Assembly (NCBI GenBank): GCA_002269645.1
Contig: NIVC01002125.1
Span: forward strand, 1-64,000
Origin: Macrostomum lignano
Taxonomy: Eukaryota
Direction of reading: 5' to 3'
DNA: 64,000 bases
Part shown: positions 51,749 through 64,000 of the stretch, piece after piece
How the letters are laid out: each line of letters opens with the position of its first letter
Numbering within the stretch: the first letter of the stretch is position 1
The notes under the pieces: model-generated
What the model saw: only the letters and a program-made list of their open reading frames with translations
The model's database searches: none
What the model was told of the DNA's origin: nothing
Program-made: the position numbers and the translations under genes

Positions 51749-54700
51749 TTTTTGCAAACGAATTCCGAAATAGTTGCGGTTATGTGGATCGATGCGTTGT
51801 GCGCTGTATTTAACTGTTTGGCACGAAGTTCCAGGGATGTATATTATCCCCTAGATTGCCGTTGGCCAGTTCACCTCAAGCTTAAAGGCCGTTCGGCAAC
51901 AACTGAGCTATACTATACATGTAGCTGTATTGCCACTGTCAGTCGATTCGGACCACGCCCATGTTATATTGATTAGCATGCCGCATAATTTGGACTGACT
52001 GCTCGGTACATGTATATCCATATCGTCTGTGTACAAAGCAACAAAGGCAGCTGTGCACAAGGGATAGTGCTCGTAAATATAAATTCTTCATCTAAAATCA
52101 CACCTGAAAGTTGATGGATTAGTTTTTCTGTGTATTACGTGCAATTTATACAATTGCTTTTGCATCAAACGCAGATAATTTACATGTACCACTACTGGAG
52201 CCTTGAAATTGAAATCGCTAGCACACTAGACGTATGAACATATCATGCATGCACCCTCCTACAAACTGCCAGCTGAAGTTTACATGTACATGTATAAACA
52301 TGTCAGTTTGCATGTAAATGTAACTATACATGTACATGTACAGTAAGTAGCTAATCTCCCATCGCTTCCTCAGTAACAAAATGCAGAATTTAAATGTCAT
52401 TGGTCATTCAAAATGCAATGTATTATTTAGCAGCCCTGGAAACACGATTTAGAATGATCAGAGTGATATGAAGGGTGTTAAAGTGTACCTGAGAGACCTG
52501 AGCGATTTCCACAACAGATGTTAGGAAAATTAAAGTATTTTTTCTATTGAATAAGATGCGATTTGATTTGATTTCGATGAGGTGATGATCGAGCAATGTA
52601 ATGTATATTTATGCATTTGTCGATCAATTGGATGTCAATTTCTTAGCAATATTTTTTCTACTACGTGTATGTGCTTCTTATTATCTTTTGTGCATTTATT
52701 TTTTGCATTTATTTTGTGCATTTATTTGTTATCTTCCTTCAATGTACGAGACAGAGTCATTCAGGGTACATGCGTAAAGCTTAAGCAAAACTTTTGGTCT
52801 CTTTCTGAGGTTTTTAATTACTGATTTTGATACTTCTAGACATTTAAATGCAAGTTATATTGATTTTTAACAACACAATGTACTTAAGTTATAGTAGCTT
52901 TGTTAAACTCAGTTTAATTGTTTTGTGCAATTTTAAATATCCAATATTCATTGCTTCGAGACTCTTCGCGTCATTCAAACTTTCTTTGTTCTATGAATTA
53001 ACTTTGCATTCAATGCCTATTGTTCGATGTCTATGGTAAATTTTGTTTCTCGTTCTATAGTATAACCCAAATATACAACACCGACGAGAAAGCAGAGTAC
53101 TGCTTCAGTGCTTATATTACTCTTGTATGGGCATTCTTTTGTCCTGCGATCACATACCAGTCCATTGTCCATGAGATATGAGTCAGGGCTTTTGTTATTC
53201 GATCCCAAGTAGTAATGGCCGATGATCCTTAAAATCAGTTTAGAGTTGAAGAAGGCGTATATTATATTTGACTAACATCCTTCCAAACGGATCCTATATA
53301 TACACTTTCGTTGTTAAGATAATTTAAATGGGGAGATTGTAGGCCTATTGTAATTGTATGAAGGTGATCGCAGGACGAAACTGGAGGGAGATATCAGATA
53401 TATATTTCGTTTTATGATCACATCAGTGGTAAAATTACGGGTAGGGGATCATAGCACAAAATTAAGTGAAACTGATTGTAAACTAACAATTAATGTTATT
53501 CCTAAAAATCACTAGGTCTAATGATCTGGAAATATTTTAGAAATAACTTAGATTCCTAGAAAAATCCTGGAAAACCCTAAAAAATCTAAAAATTTAAAAT
53601 TAAAATTGTGTAGACACCCTGGCTTTAATGAAAATTTAATATTGTTGCTAATTAAAAAACTAAAGCCTACTACATAAAATAGGTCTATTGTTTATATGGT
53701 AAAGGCCTAACTATATATTTTCCTTAAACCATTTTGGCCAAAGATATTTTGCCCCTTGACCATTTTGCTTATAGACCATACATGACCAACCTCAAAATTT
53801 CACCTGTCCAGTGCAACTTAGTTTTGTCCAAATTTGCGACTTACCTATGTACCACCACACTAAAAGACCGGGGGGGGGGTGGCATGCATTTCGTGCTTAT
53901 GCTTATTGAAAAATGGAAATACCTCATTTCTCTTCCCTTTTCCTACCTTTACTCTCTTTCTTGATTGATTTATCTTTTACTTATTCACTTATATGTAGTA
54001 CTAAACTGCACTGTAGCCTGTACCCTATAGGCTATACTGTACTGTATGTCTGGCAAACTAACTTGTATATATACACTCATGCACTCAATGGTATAAATTC
54101 TTTGAGTCATTATATACTTCACTTAAAGATAGATCTGCACCTGACTAAACGAGCGTATATTGAATCTTATACATGAATAGGATGAAAATGGCCATGAAGA
54201 CTATTCCATCAACTAGTGTCCCCTTTCTGCAACTGAAGAGCAAAAGCCATTGCTCTTTATATGATGGAAACTTGGTCATGCGACTCTTGGAGAAGTTAAT
54301 GATTGTTGTGATATGCATTGGATATTAAAAGAAAATTTACCAGCAATCTTAAGTGCAGCCTGGGGGATTAGGTGATGGTGTAGCTGCAGCACATTCAATA
54401 GAACTAGAAGCACCACCATCCCAATGTTTAGCAAGCTTACACAGAGAGGGACTGTTAATGGCAGTACAAAATCCAGAGGTTGTTGTTTTTAATAAAGATC
54501 TATCTATGCAAAAAATTGAAATTCATGGTGCAGATACAACAACATTACTTTTCTTGAGTAATGTCACTTGAAAAAGAAGCTGTTTTTGAAATAAAGAAGA
54601 AACTAGAAGTCTTGAGACAGAATTTGTACGACGGTGCACTGCTCATGCTAAATCTATTGCTATAGAATCTTGACCATCAACTGATGCTAGTACTGAAGCG

Positions 54701-54929
54701 CAGATCCAACTACAACACAGCCATTCATTTGGACTCAGATTCGGAGACTGCGACTGATGGCCAAAGAAGTGAGAGTCCTCCAAGAAAAAGATATATTTAT
54801 AGTTTATCAAAAAGGATTTTGATGAAGTTCAGTCTCATGAAGAGATTTTGATAGAGTTCATTTTTTATGGAGAGAATTTTGATGGATTTGGCACATTAAA
54901 TGAGTCAGAGAAAAAAAAATATAGAAAAG

Positions 54930-55620
54930 AATGAACAAATAGAGGAGAGATGATAGAGAAGAAAGTAGATATGAGAGAAGACAGATTAGAGATAACAGAT
55001 GGGAGAGAAGAAAGGAGTAAGGTAGGAATGAAGAGGGAGAGAGAAGAGAAGACGAGAGAAGAGATGAGAAGGGAGTTATGAGATAGCAGAGAGGAGACAG
55101 GAGAGATTAGAGAAGAAAGGAGGGATAAGAGCATACAGCTAAAATAAAAGAGAGGAGAGAGATAAAAGATCAGAGATGAGAGAGTTAAGAGAAGAAAGTA
55201 GTAAGGATAAAGAAAGAAGGTAAAGGTAAAAGTGCAGAGAAGACAGATGAAAGATGCAATGAGAAAAGATATGATTGAGAAAATAAGAGAGAAGAGATTA
55301 GAGATTAGAAAAGAGAAGAGACAAAGGGGAAAGATAGAATCGAGATGGTAGAAAGGAAGCAAGAAAGATGGGAGATAAGAAAGGAGAGGGTATAGGAGAT
55401 ATGATAAATGAGAGCAGAGAGGAGAGAGAAAAGAGAAGAGAGAGGGTATAGGAGAGACGATAGATAAGTGAATAGAGATGAGATATGAGAGAGGAGAGAA
55501 GAGAGGAGACAGGAGACAGGAGAGGGTACAGACAAAACACAAAGGAGAAGAGATAAATAGAGGTAGAGAGGAGGAGGGAGAAGAGAGTAATGGTGAGAAT
55601 GCAGAGAGGAGACATGAGAG
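54930..55620. repeat. Degenerate GA-rich polypurine tract
   Basis: Direct reading. Confidence 0.9.
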
Positions 55621-55734
55621 TCTAAGTCTGGACAATGGATGTCAGTTTTTGCAAACAGGGAAAACAAGATTTGATATTTGAAAGGCTGTACATTGGATTT
55701 TAAGACAATTTAGAATATGGGATTCAAGTTTCTC

Positions 55735-56105
55735 TCGATTATAACTTAGTTCCTCTCAATTGCGACTTAGTTCCTCCCAATTGCAACTTAGTTCCTCCCG
55801 ATTGCGACTTAGTTCCTCCCGATTGCGACTTAGTTCCTCTCAATTGCAACTTAGTTCCTCCCAATTGCAACTTAGTTCCTCCCAATTGCAACTTAGTTCC
55901 TCCCAATTGCAACTTAGTTCCTCCCGATTGCGACTTAGTTCCTCCCAATTGCGACTTAGTTCCTCCCAATTGCGACTTAGTTCCTCCCAATTGCAACTTA
56001 GTTCCTCCCGATTGCGACTTAGTTCCTCCCAATTGTGACTTAGTTCCTCCTGATTGCAACTTAGTTCCTCCCAATTGCGACTTAGTTCCTCTCAATTGCG
56101 ACTTA
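55735..56105. repeat. 21-bp minisatellite
   Basis: Unit ACTTAGTTCCTCCCAATTGCA. Confidence 0.95.
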
Positions 56106-57640
56106 ATTTTCACTTTGTATATGACTTTTCTTGTCTTTTTCTCTTTTCTTTTCTTTCTCTTTCTTTTTCCTCTTTCCCCCCTCTCTCTTTTCTCCCTCAT
56201 TTCTTTTCCTTTTCTCTTTCTCTCCTTTCTTTCTTCTCCCAATTTTTCATTTTTGTGTTTTTGATTTTGCAACTTACCTTGGCCAGCGGCCATTTCACCT
56301 GTCCGGTTCAGACAGGTTGGACAGGTGTTGGGCATGTATGTTATAGACTGTTTTGTCCTAAAGCCAATTTAGTCACAAACTAATGTCTAATTTTGGCTTA
56401 AGTGGAGACAAATGCCTATATAATATATTATTTGTTCAACTTTTATCCTTATAAGAAAAAGTTGTAAAATTGCAAATGGCATCCAGCGTGCTTTCAAAAT
56501 TTTTCTTAAGTGCAATGCCTACACAAGCGCATAGCACCTGTGCACACGCTGCCTTTTTCTGCTGGTTGCTGCTCTAGCAAATATATATATATAAATAAAG
56601 GTTTAATACCTTTGTGGAAAGGACCTATACACTTGTATTTTTTATATAATACTTAGAGTTGTTCAAAAACTTAGAGTTTTTTTTTAATTTGGAATTTTAA
56701 AGAGTGAATTTTGTTTTAAAAAAAATTTTGAAAGTCAAAATTTTGGAAGTGTGTAAAAAAGTGGCTAAAAAATAAACTAATTTGTGCTATAGTATAGATA
56801 CATATATTTGGTTTTGCATAAGCAATAAATCAAGAGTAAAAGAGTGAGTTTTGGTCATACTAAACTTTGTTTTTTTTAATTTTGATTTCAGAAAATTTCA
56901 ATTATGATTTTGGAAAGTTAGCAAATTTAGATTTTGATAGAAAATGATTTCTAATAATCCTAAAGTGTGGTAAAATAATTTCTCTTTTTCTAAAGCATGC
57001 ATCAACAAGTTTTCAATATTTATTCCAATAGGGACTTTTATTAGTTGATAGATTTTTATTTTTGCAATTTTCTAGCCTAGGCCTATAAAATGTTTTATTC
57101 TTAGACCCATATAAGTATAAACATTAAGAGTTTATATATTGGAATATGCCTTCATTTTGTAGATATCATCTAGCATGCCTAAGAAATTTTTCTATCTATC
57201 TATCTATCTAATATTAAACTTTGCTTGAATGATTTGTATCAATGGTATATATCAGTTTATAAATGACAGAATATATAATTGTCTTTTCTACTTAATAGTT
57301 TTTTTGTATTTTTGTAGCATATCAAAATATACGTTTACTATCACTGTCATCACTGTTACTAAAGTGGATTTTCATTTATCTACTTTACTTGACTTAGCTG
57401 CAGGGGGCTGCAGCTGCAGCATCATTTATCTATCTATTAAGCTTTTTAAAGCCTATACTCTCAACAAAATATAATAGATCACTTCTTTAAAATTAAAATT
57501 ATTTATGGTCTAGCCATAGCCTAACTATATAAATAGTCACAAATAGTCTATTATAGTATAGATTATAAAGTATTGCCAGTATTGGTATATTATATAAGTA
57601 TAAGTATGGTATATATAAGTATTGGTATATATATTATATA

Positions 57641-57993
57641 GAGGCCATAGCCTAGCAGTAGCGCAGCTGCTCTGGTGTGCTAGTGACCCAGGCTCGATTC
57701 CAAGTGCAGTCACATTAATTTGGGGCTGAATTGGAATCTTGGCTTGGCTCTGCTCATGCAATTAACAGCCTTGAGAGCCAACCTCCCAAGCCGCAGTGAA
57801 GTGTACATGCCTAACAATAAAAGTTAGGGCTGCTGTACACTCCTGTGTGAGTGTGTGCCTGCATATGTATCCACGCACTTGTATGTCTGCTTAGGGGAGT
57901 TGGCGGAATGGGCAGTAATGCCTCTCGCCAGTTGTGTGCCCATGTCACTTAAAGTGCACTAGGGTGCACACAACCCCCTGCCTCTAATAAAAA
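57641..57993 (+). mobile_element. tRNA-headed SINE, copy D (CpG-decayed)
   Basis: Collinear with copy C over its full length; most differences are CpG to TpG/CpA. Confidence 0.88.
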
Positions 57994-58503
57994 AATATAT
58001 ATTATATACCACATTGACAGTAGCTTTTTCTCCCTAGCCTCTTTGTTAGCATTAAGTTGAAATCTTATCTGGGTTATTTTTCTACAAGAGTAAAATCAAG
58101 TTTTTTAGTAAATTTAAGTTGCTAAAATAAACAATTGGCATTTCAATTGGCTATTTGTTTTTTTCTAAAATAAAGAAAACTTTAAATAGGTCCCAGCATA
58201 CTGTTATTCAAGTTTCTGAATTAATATAGGTTTTCTAAATAAAAAACTTGATTGTTGACAGTAGAAAATTGTATTATTTGTACTACTCATATCTGGTCCT
58301 AAGATGATACCTTTTCCTAGTACATGGCAGCCATATATTAGTAGGTAAGAATATAGGATAGTTTATTATCTACCTATTTATGAATAAATCTAGGAAAGAT
58401 GCTGGTTGATCTGTTCCTGATTTTAATATTAGTCCTTTCAATTCCCAGCTCTGTTGCACTAGCATAAAATTTTGCAACTGCAGAACAGTGTTGGCCTGTT
58501 ACC

Positions 58504-59199
58504 ATGATGACCACCGAGCCCGAGTCGGCGCATCCAGTTGAACCGGGCGCTGGTCCCGGCGCCGCCGCGGCCGCCGCCGCAGCCGCCGCAGCCGCAGCCG
58601 CCGCCGCAGCCGTAGTGAAGCGGCCAGTGAATCCCTATCTATTGTGGGCCACGCCCAGGCGCAAAGAGATCGCCGCCCAGAATCCCAGACTGAACAACGC
58701 CGACATCAGTCGCCGCCTAGGCGAAGAGTGGAAAGCCCTATCGGCCGAGGCCAAGCAGCCATTCGTTGACGAGGCGACCAGATTGAAGGCGGCCTTCAAG
58801 TCCGCTTATCCGGACTACAAAAGCCAGCGCAAGCCCAAGAAGAGGCCGAAGGCTGGCCAGCAGCCGGCTGCCGCTGCCGCCACCGCTGCTACTCCGCAGC
58901 AGGCTTCAAGCGCAGCTAAGGTTGGCGCCGCTACGGCTCAGAAGCAGGCTAAGCTGTCCCCGCCAGCCCAGCAGCAGCAGCAGCAGCAGCTGCCTATTCA
59001 ACAGCTGCAACAGCAGCCAGCCGCTATTGTTCAACAGCCTCAGCTGCTGCCGCCTCAGGTGCACCAGCTGCCAATTATGCCGCAGTACTACCACATGCCA
59101 ACTGGGCCGCTGCATTATTATCCTATAGCTACTCAGCAGCAGCCACAGCAGCTTCAATATCAACCATTCGCTGTTCACGACGCCGTGTACGGCATGTAT

Positions 59200-59234
<35 letters not shown>

Positions 59235-59340
59235 GCAGCAACAGCAGCAGACGCCTGGAACAACGCAGCAGCAGCAGCAGCCGCATTTAGCGGCTGTCAC
59301 CAGCGAGGCTGGGTCCTGGCTACTGTTCCAGCAGCCTTGA
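58504..59340 (+). CDS. Divergent Sox-family HMG-box transcription factor, single coding exon, 278 aa
   Basis: VKRPVNPYLLWATPRRKEIAAQNPRLNNADISRRLGEEWKALSAEAKQPFVDEATRLKAAFKSAYPDYK is a Sox-type HMG box. Poly-Ala N-terminus and Gln/Pro-rich C-terminus. Confidence 0.88.
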
Positions 59341-59675
59341 AACTGAGAGCGCGATTCAATAGTCTTTTGGGAAGACAGGCTTTTTGGGGGAACAAAGTCA
59401 GAACAGTTTTTATTAATTTTTTTATTTAAGAACCAGTTTGAGTGGCCCAGCACCGACACTTCCGTGAATCTCGCGCATCGGAACTTTATTGTTGCCTTGA
59501 AAATGTTGCAATCAAACTCGTACTCGATTGCTCTGGTCCGACACCTGACATATTGTAAATATACTGATATTTAAGTTGCTAAGCTGTATTGGGGTGTGTA
59601 CTGTCACACAGTTCCGGGTTGAATTTATCAAAATTTATATTTGTTATTAATTAATTTGGTCTCCATGACAACGCG

Positions 59676-62600
59676 TTACTCGCATTGCTCCAGTTTCATT
59701 TTCGTATCTCTTCTTAATACTTCAACTTTGCTTTTTTCATAAATCCAAACCAAAATTAATAGTCTAAATGGCATTACTTTAGGTAGTAGTGTGAACTGCA
59801 AATTGCTCCGTTTTTTGGTTGCCTTTATTTGTCGGGCCAGAAACGAACATCTCCACGCGCTTTTTTCACAGTTTCCTGTCAATTTAGCAGCTGGTTAATG
59901 ATTTGTTTTTGCTCCTAAACCTTTTCTACCCCTTTTCTTAAAGAAAGTTTAACTTTGGTCAGTTTTTTAATCGCAACATTTTAAATTATTTGAAAAAATT
60001 GACCTATTTCCTGTTTCTTATCGACTATGTTTAAGCCGAAGGAGATCTGCTGTCAATCATAGTTTCTTTTGGGTTGTCGCTAAATACTTTTACGACCATT
60101 GACTGAATTGACTTTAGGATCTCAAATCTAAGTCTCTTCAAAATGAGACCTTCTCGATAGGATGGATTGCCAAACAGCAGAATGCCCCGTGGGATAGAAT
60201 GAAGGAATCTCACCCCGTGGGATAGAATGCAGGAATCTCACCCTGTGAAATAGAATGCAGGAATCTCACCACGTGGGATAGAATGCAGGAATCTCACCCT
60301 GTGAGATAGAATGCAGGAATCTCACCCTGTGAGATAGAATGCAGGAATCTCACCCCGTGGGATAGAATGCAGGAATCTCACCTTGTGAGATAGAATGCAG
60401 GAATCTCACCCTGTGAGATAGAATGCAGAAATCTCACAACGTGGGATAGAATGCAGGAATCTCGCCCCGTGTGATAGAATGCAGGAATTTCACCCCGTGG
60501 GATAGAATGCAGGAATCTCACCCCGTGGGATAGAATGCAGGAATCTCGCCCCGTGGGATAGAATGCAGGAATCTCGCCCCGTGGGATAGAATGCAGGAAT
60601 CTCACCCCGTGTGATAGAATGCAGGAATTTCACCCCGTGTGATAGAATGCAGGAATTTCACCCCGTGGGATAGAATGCAGGAATCTCACCACCCCAATGG
60701 ACAGGAAGTCAGGAATCTCACCATCCCAATAGACAGAAAGGCAAGAATCTCACCCCAATAGACAGGAAGTCAAGGAGCTCACCCCAATAGACAGGAAGTC
60801 GGGAATCTCACCCCAATAGACAGGAAGTAAAGAATCTCACCCCAATAGACAGGAAGTCAGGAATCTCACCCCAATAGACAGGAAGTAAAGAATCTCACCC
60901 CAATAGACAGGAAGTCAGGATCTCACCCCAATAGACAGGAAGTCCGGAATCTCACCCCAATAGACAGGAAGTAAAGAATCTCACCCCAATAGACAGGAAG
61001 TCAGGAATCTCACCCCAATAGACAGGAAGTCAGGGATCTAATCCCATTAGATAGGAAGTCAGGAATCTTACCCCAATAGACAGTAAGTCAAGGATCTCAT
61101 CCCAATAGACAGGAAGTCAGGAATCTCACCCCAATAGACAGGAAGTCAGGAATCTCACCCCAATAGACAGGAAGTTAAGAATCTCACCCCAATAGACAGG
61201 AAGTCAGGATCTCACCCCAATAGACAGGAAGTCAGGAATCTCACCCCAATAGACAGGAAGTCAGGAATCTCACCCCAATAGACAGGAAGTTAGGAATCTC
61301 ACCCCAATAGTCAGGAAGTCAGGAATCTCACCCCAATAGACAGGAAGTCAGGAATCTCACCCCAATAGACAGGAAGTCAGGAATCTCACCCCAATAGACA
61401 GGAAGTAAAGAATCTCACCCCAATAGTCAGGAAGTCAGGAATCTCACCCCAATAGTCAGGAAGTCGGGAATCTCACCCCAATAGACAGGAAGTCAGGAAT
61501 CTCACCCCAATAGACAGGAAGTCAGGAATCTCACCCCAATAGACAGGAAGTTAAGAATCTCACCCCAATAGACAGGAAGTCAGGAATCTCACCCCAATAG
61601 TCAGGAAGTAAAGAATCTCACCCCAATAGTCAGGAAGTCAGGAATCTCACCCCAATAGACAGGAAGTCAGGATCTCACCCCAATAGACAGGAAGTCAGGA
61701 ATCTCACCCCAATAGACAGGAAGTCAGGAATCTCACCCCAATAGACAGGAAGTTAGGAATCTCACCCCAATAGACAGGAAGTCAGGAATCTCACCCCAAT
61801 AGACAGGAAGTAAAGAATCTCACCCCAATAGTCAGGAAGTCAGGAATCTCACCCCAATAGACAGGAAGTCAGGAATCTCACCCCAATAGACAGGAAGTCA
61901 GGAATCTCACCCCAATAGTCAGGAAGTCAGGAATCTCACCCCAATAGACAGGAAGTCAGGAATCTCACCCCAATAGTCAGGAAGTCAGGAATCTCACCCC
62001 AATAGACAGGAAGTCAGGAATCTCACCCCAATAGATGTTAGAAAACAAAGTGTAAATCTAATGATCTTAATAAATATAAGTTTTACTTATTACTGTTACT
62101 TATTAGTAATCCATGTACTGTACATGCGTGTCAACCCTGTTTAATTTGTTTGTTGCTATTTTTTGTTTATTTCTCCAACTATCTGCTGTAATTTTCTGTC
62201 TCTATCGAATTTTTCATCTTGCTGCTCAGCCGTTTTTTTTTTCTTTTTAGCTTACAAAAATGTTTCTCAGCGCCTGGAGCGAGTTCAGCTCCTTGGTGTA
62301 GCTCGCTTTATCAGCTAATGTGTATTTGATATGCCGGCCCCACTGTGCGTGTTTTTTATTAAGTAAACTGAAAGAACTTTAAAATACATTTAAAAATTGC
62401 ATATTTACTTGATAGTGTGCGATAATATATATTAGACGTAAGATAGACATAATTATTCACCTGTGTACTGGCTTGTTTCTGTAATCTTGTCTGCATCGAC
62501 TGCTCTTTTCGTAACTTATGTCATATTTATGTATGAGTATGCATATTTCTATTATTAATAAGTCTAAATTAATATATTTTTTATATATGAGTTAAGCAAC

Positions 62601-62991
62601 CAAAGTTTTAATTATAAGCATCTATAACTGGAAAAGACTTGTAGTACTTAAAGAAATTGTCTTAATAATTAGACATCAACAAAAAGGTAAATAGATTTCT
62701 CATTGGAATTCTCTAATGTTTTCTGTTCGGCTTCTATCCGGTTCGTCAGTGTTGTCTCCTTGGTGTTATTCTGGTGTATAGGTGAATCTAGCATCTGCAC
62801 TCAATGGAATGGGGGAAGAGTTGGCACTAATTAAGCGATTATGTTTTGTTTAGAATTTTGTATAAAATCTATTCGATTTGCGGTGCTTAATTTTATTTAA
62901 TCACATTTTTATTTTCAAGCACTTGTCATCGAGTGCTCTTCCTTTGTCACTCTGTCCTTACTCAACTCCGAAGAATCAGTGACCACTGAGC
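59676..62991 (-). CDS. Possible 3' exons of an unidentified gene (62991-62962, 62514-62461, 62314-62256, 60049-60004, 59875-59676)
   Basis: Small relatively GC-richer islands bounded by AG/GT splice into one open frame (SVVTDSSELITKRAVDADKITETSQYTADKASYTKELNSLQALRNIFQISFGLNIVDKKQEIG...). Boundaries were hand-picked and no family was recognised. Confidence 0.3.
60185..62035. repeat. Compound minisatellite: 28-bp unit (to about 60670) switching to a related 29-bp unit
   Basis: GAATGCAGGAATCTCACCCCGTGGGATA, then GACAGGAAGTCAGGAATCTCACCCCAATA. Confidence 0.95.
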
Positions 62992-63529
62992 CTGTAACAG
63001 CTACTATTATTATTGAAATAAACTGTCCATAAACCGTAGCTTAACCCCTTCGCCACCAGCTATTTCTTCTATTAATTATTATTACAGTAAAAATACTTTT
63101 TGCAATACTGTTTTTGCCTGTAATTATTTGCTTTACGAAATCAAACAGTTTAAATATTAATAATATAACAACCTTGTGACAGCATTCAGTTTGTAGAATT
63201 TAACTTGCAAACACCATTTTTCTATTAGAAATTTGTTTGTGTGCTGTGCGTTTGATTATTGCTAATGCAAAGCAGAACATAATTGTTGCGGCTTGAAAAG
63301 CACCGGCAAGCAAATTATACTTACACTTTGTGTGCCTGTCTGTTAAGGCTTTTATTGCACGCAAACGTTACGCAAATTTTTGTGTTTTGTACTTTTATTT
63401 AATTCTGACTGGCTAGAACCCTAGGGGAATAAATAGAGAAAATAGAGGAATAAGAATAATGTTTGATGATAAAAAATAAATGTGTGATGATCTTGAAATC
63501 AAAAGTCAAATAAAAACAAAGTGACTGAT

Positions 63530-64000
63530 ACACTAGAATGGGAATGATCTTGACTGATTGGCTAAAGCGGGAATGACATTGAACACTTGAAATTAGCTGA
63601 TTGGCTGAAGCGGGAATGACTTTGAAATTAAAATTAGCTGATTGGCTTAAGCGGGAATGACCTCGAAATTTAAATTAGCTGATTGGCTAAAGCGGGAATG
63701 ACCTCGAAATTGAAATTAGCTGATTGGCTAAAGCGGAAATGACCTCGAAATTGAAATTAGCTGATTGGCTAAAGCAGGAATGACCTTGAAATTGAAATTA
63801 GCTGATTGGCTAAAGCGGAAATGACCTCGAAATTGAAATTAGCTGATTGGCTAAAGCGGAAATGACCTCGAAATTGAAATTAGCTGATTGGCTAAAGCGG
63901 GAATGACATTGAACACTTAAAATTAGCTGATTGGCTGAAGCGGGAATGACCTCGAAATTGAAATTAGCTGATTGGCTTAAGCGGGAATGACCTCGAAATT
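63530..64000. repeat. 41-bp minisatellite running off the window end
   Basis: Unit CTGATTGGCTAAAGCGGGAATGACCTCGAAATTGAAATTAG. Confidence 0.95.

Noticed and set aside
53137-53380. 13-bp perfect inverted repeat GTCCTGCGATCAC / GTGATCGCAGGAC about 210 nt apart
   Set aside because: No TSD and no second copy in the window; cannot be called a MITE.
54170-54850. Coding-like fragments (WKLGHATLGEVNDCCDMHWILKENLPAILSAAWG) in the AT-rich domain
   Set aside because: Interrupted by stops with no recognisable family; probably an old element but unsupported.

Overview
Eukaryotic (animal) genomic DNA with spliceosomal introns and a very high load of micro- and minisatellites. The repeat style and Ala/Gln/Gly-run-rich genes suggest a free-living flatworm such as Macrostomum, but that is only an inference. 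Genes recovered by manual splicing: (1) 1-4570 (+), a 5'-truncated, nearly intronless large gene broken by about 9 single-base indels, nearly all in short homopolymer runs. It encodes a J-domain (HPD), a Cys-rich segment, a helical region, a DUF1598-like domain, a Ser/Asp/Gly linker and a C-terminal domain resembling bacterial polymorphic-toxin nuclease tips, split by one intron; this is the best candidate for a novel system. (2) A 4-exon SKI/SnoN gene (-). (3) A 17-exon SOGA/MTCL1-family coiled-coil gene (+) head-to-head with SKI. (4) A 5-exon tetraspanin (-). (5) An intronless divergent Sox HMG gene (+). (6) Possible small exons of an unknown gene (-) at the right end. Mobile DNA: a decayed Tc1/mariner element whose inverted repeat has become a 91-bp satellite, a 2.6-kb satellite-filled hAT-type element, a 354-bp MITE with an 8-bp TSD, four copies of a tRNA-headed SINE (one heavily CpG-deaminated) and a second SINE type. 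All domain assignments come from motif recognition by eye, not database searches. Repeat boundaries are approximate.
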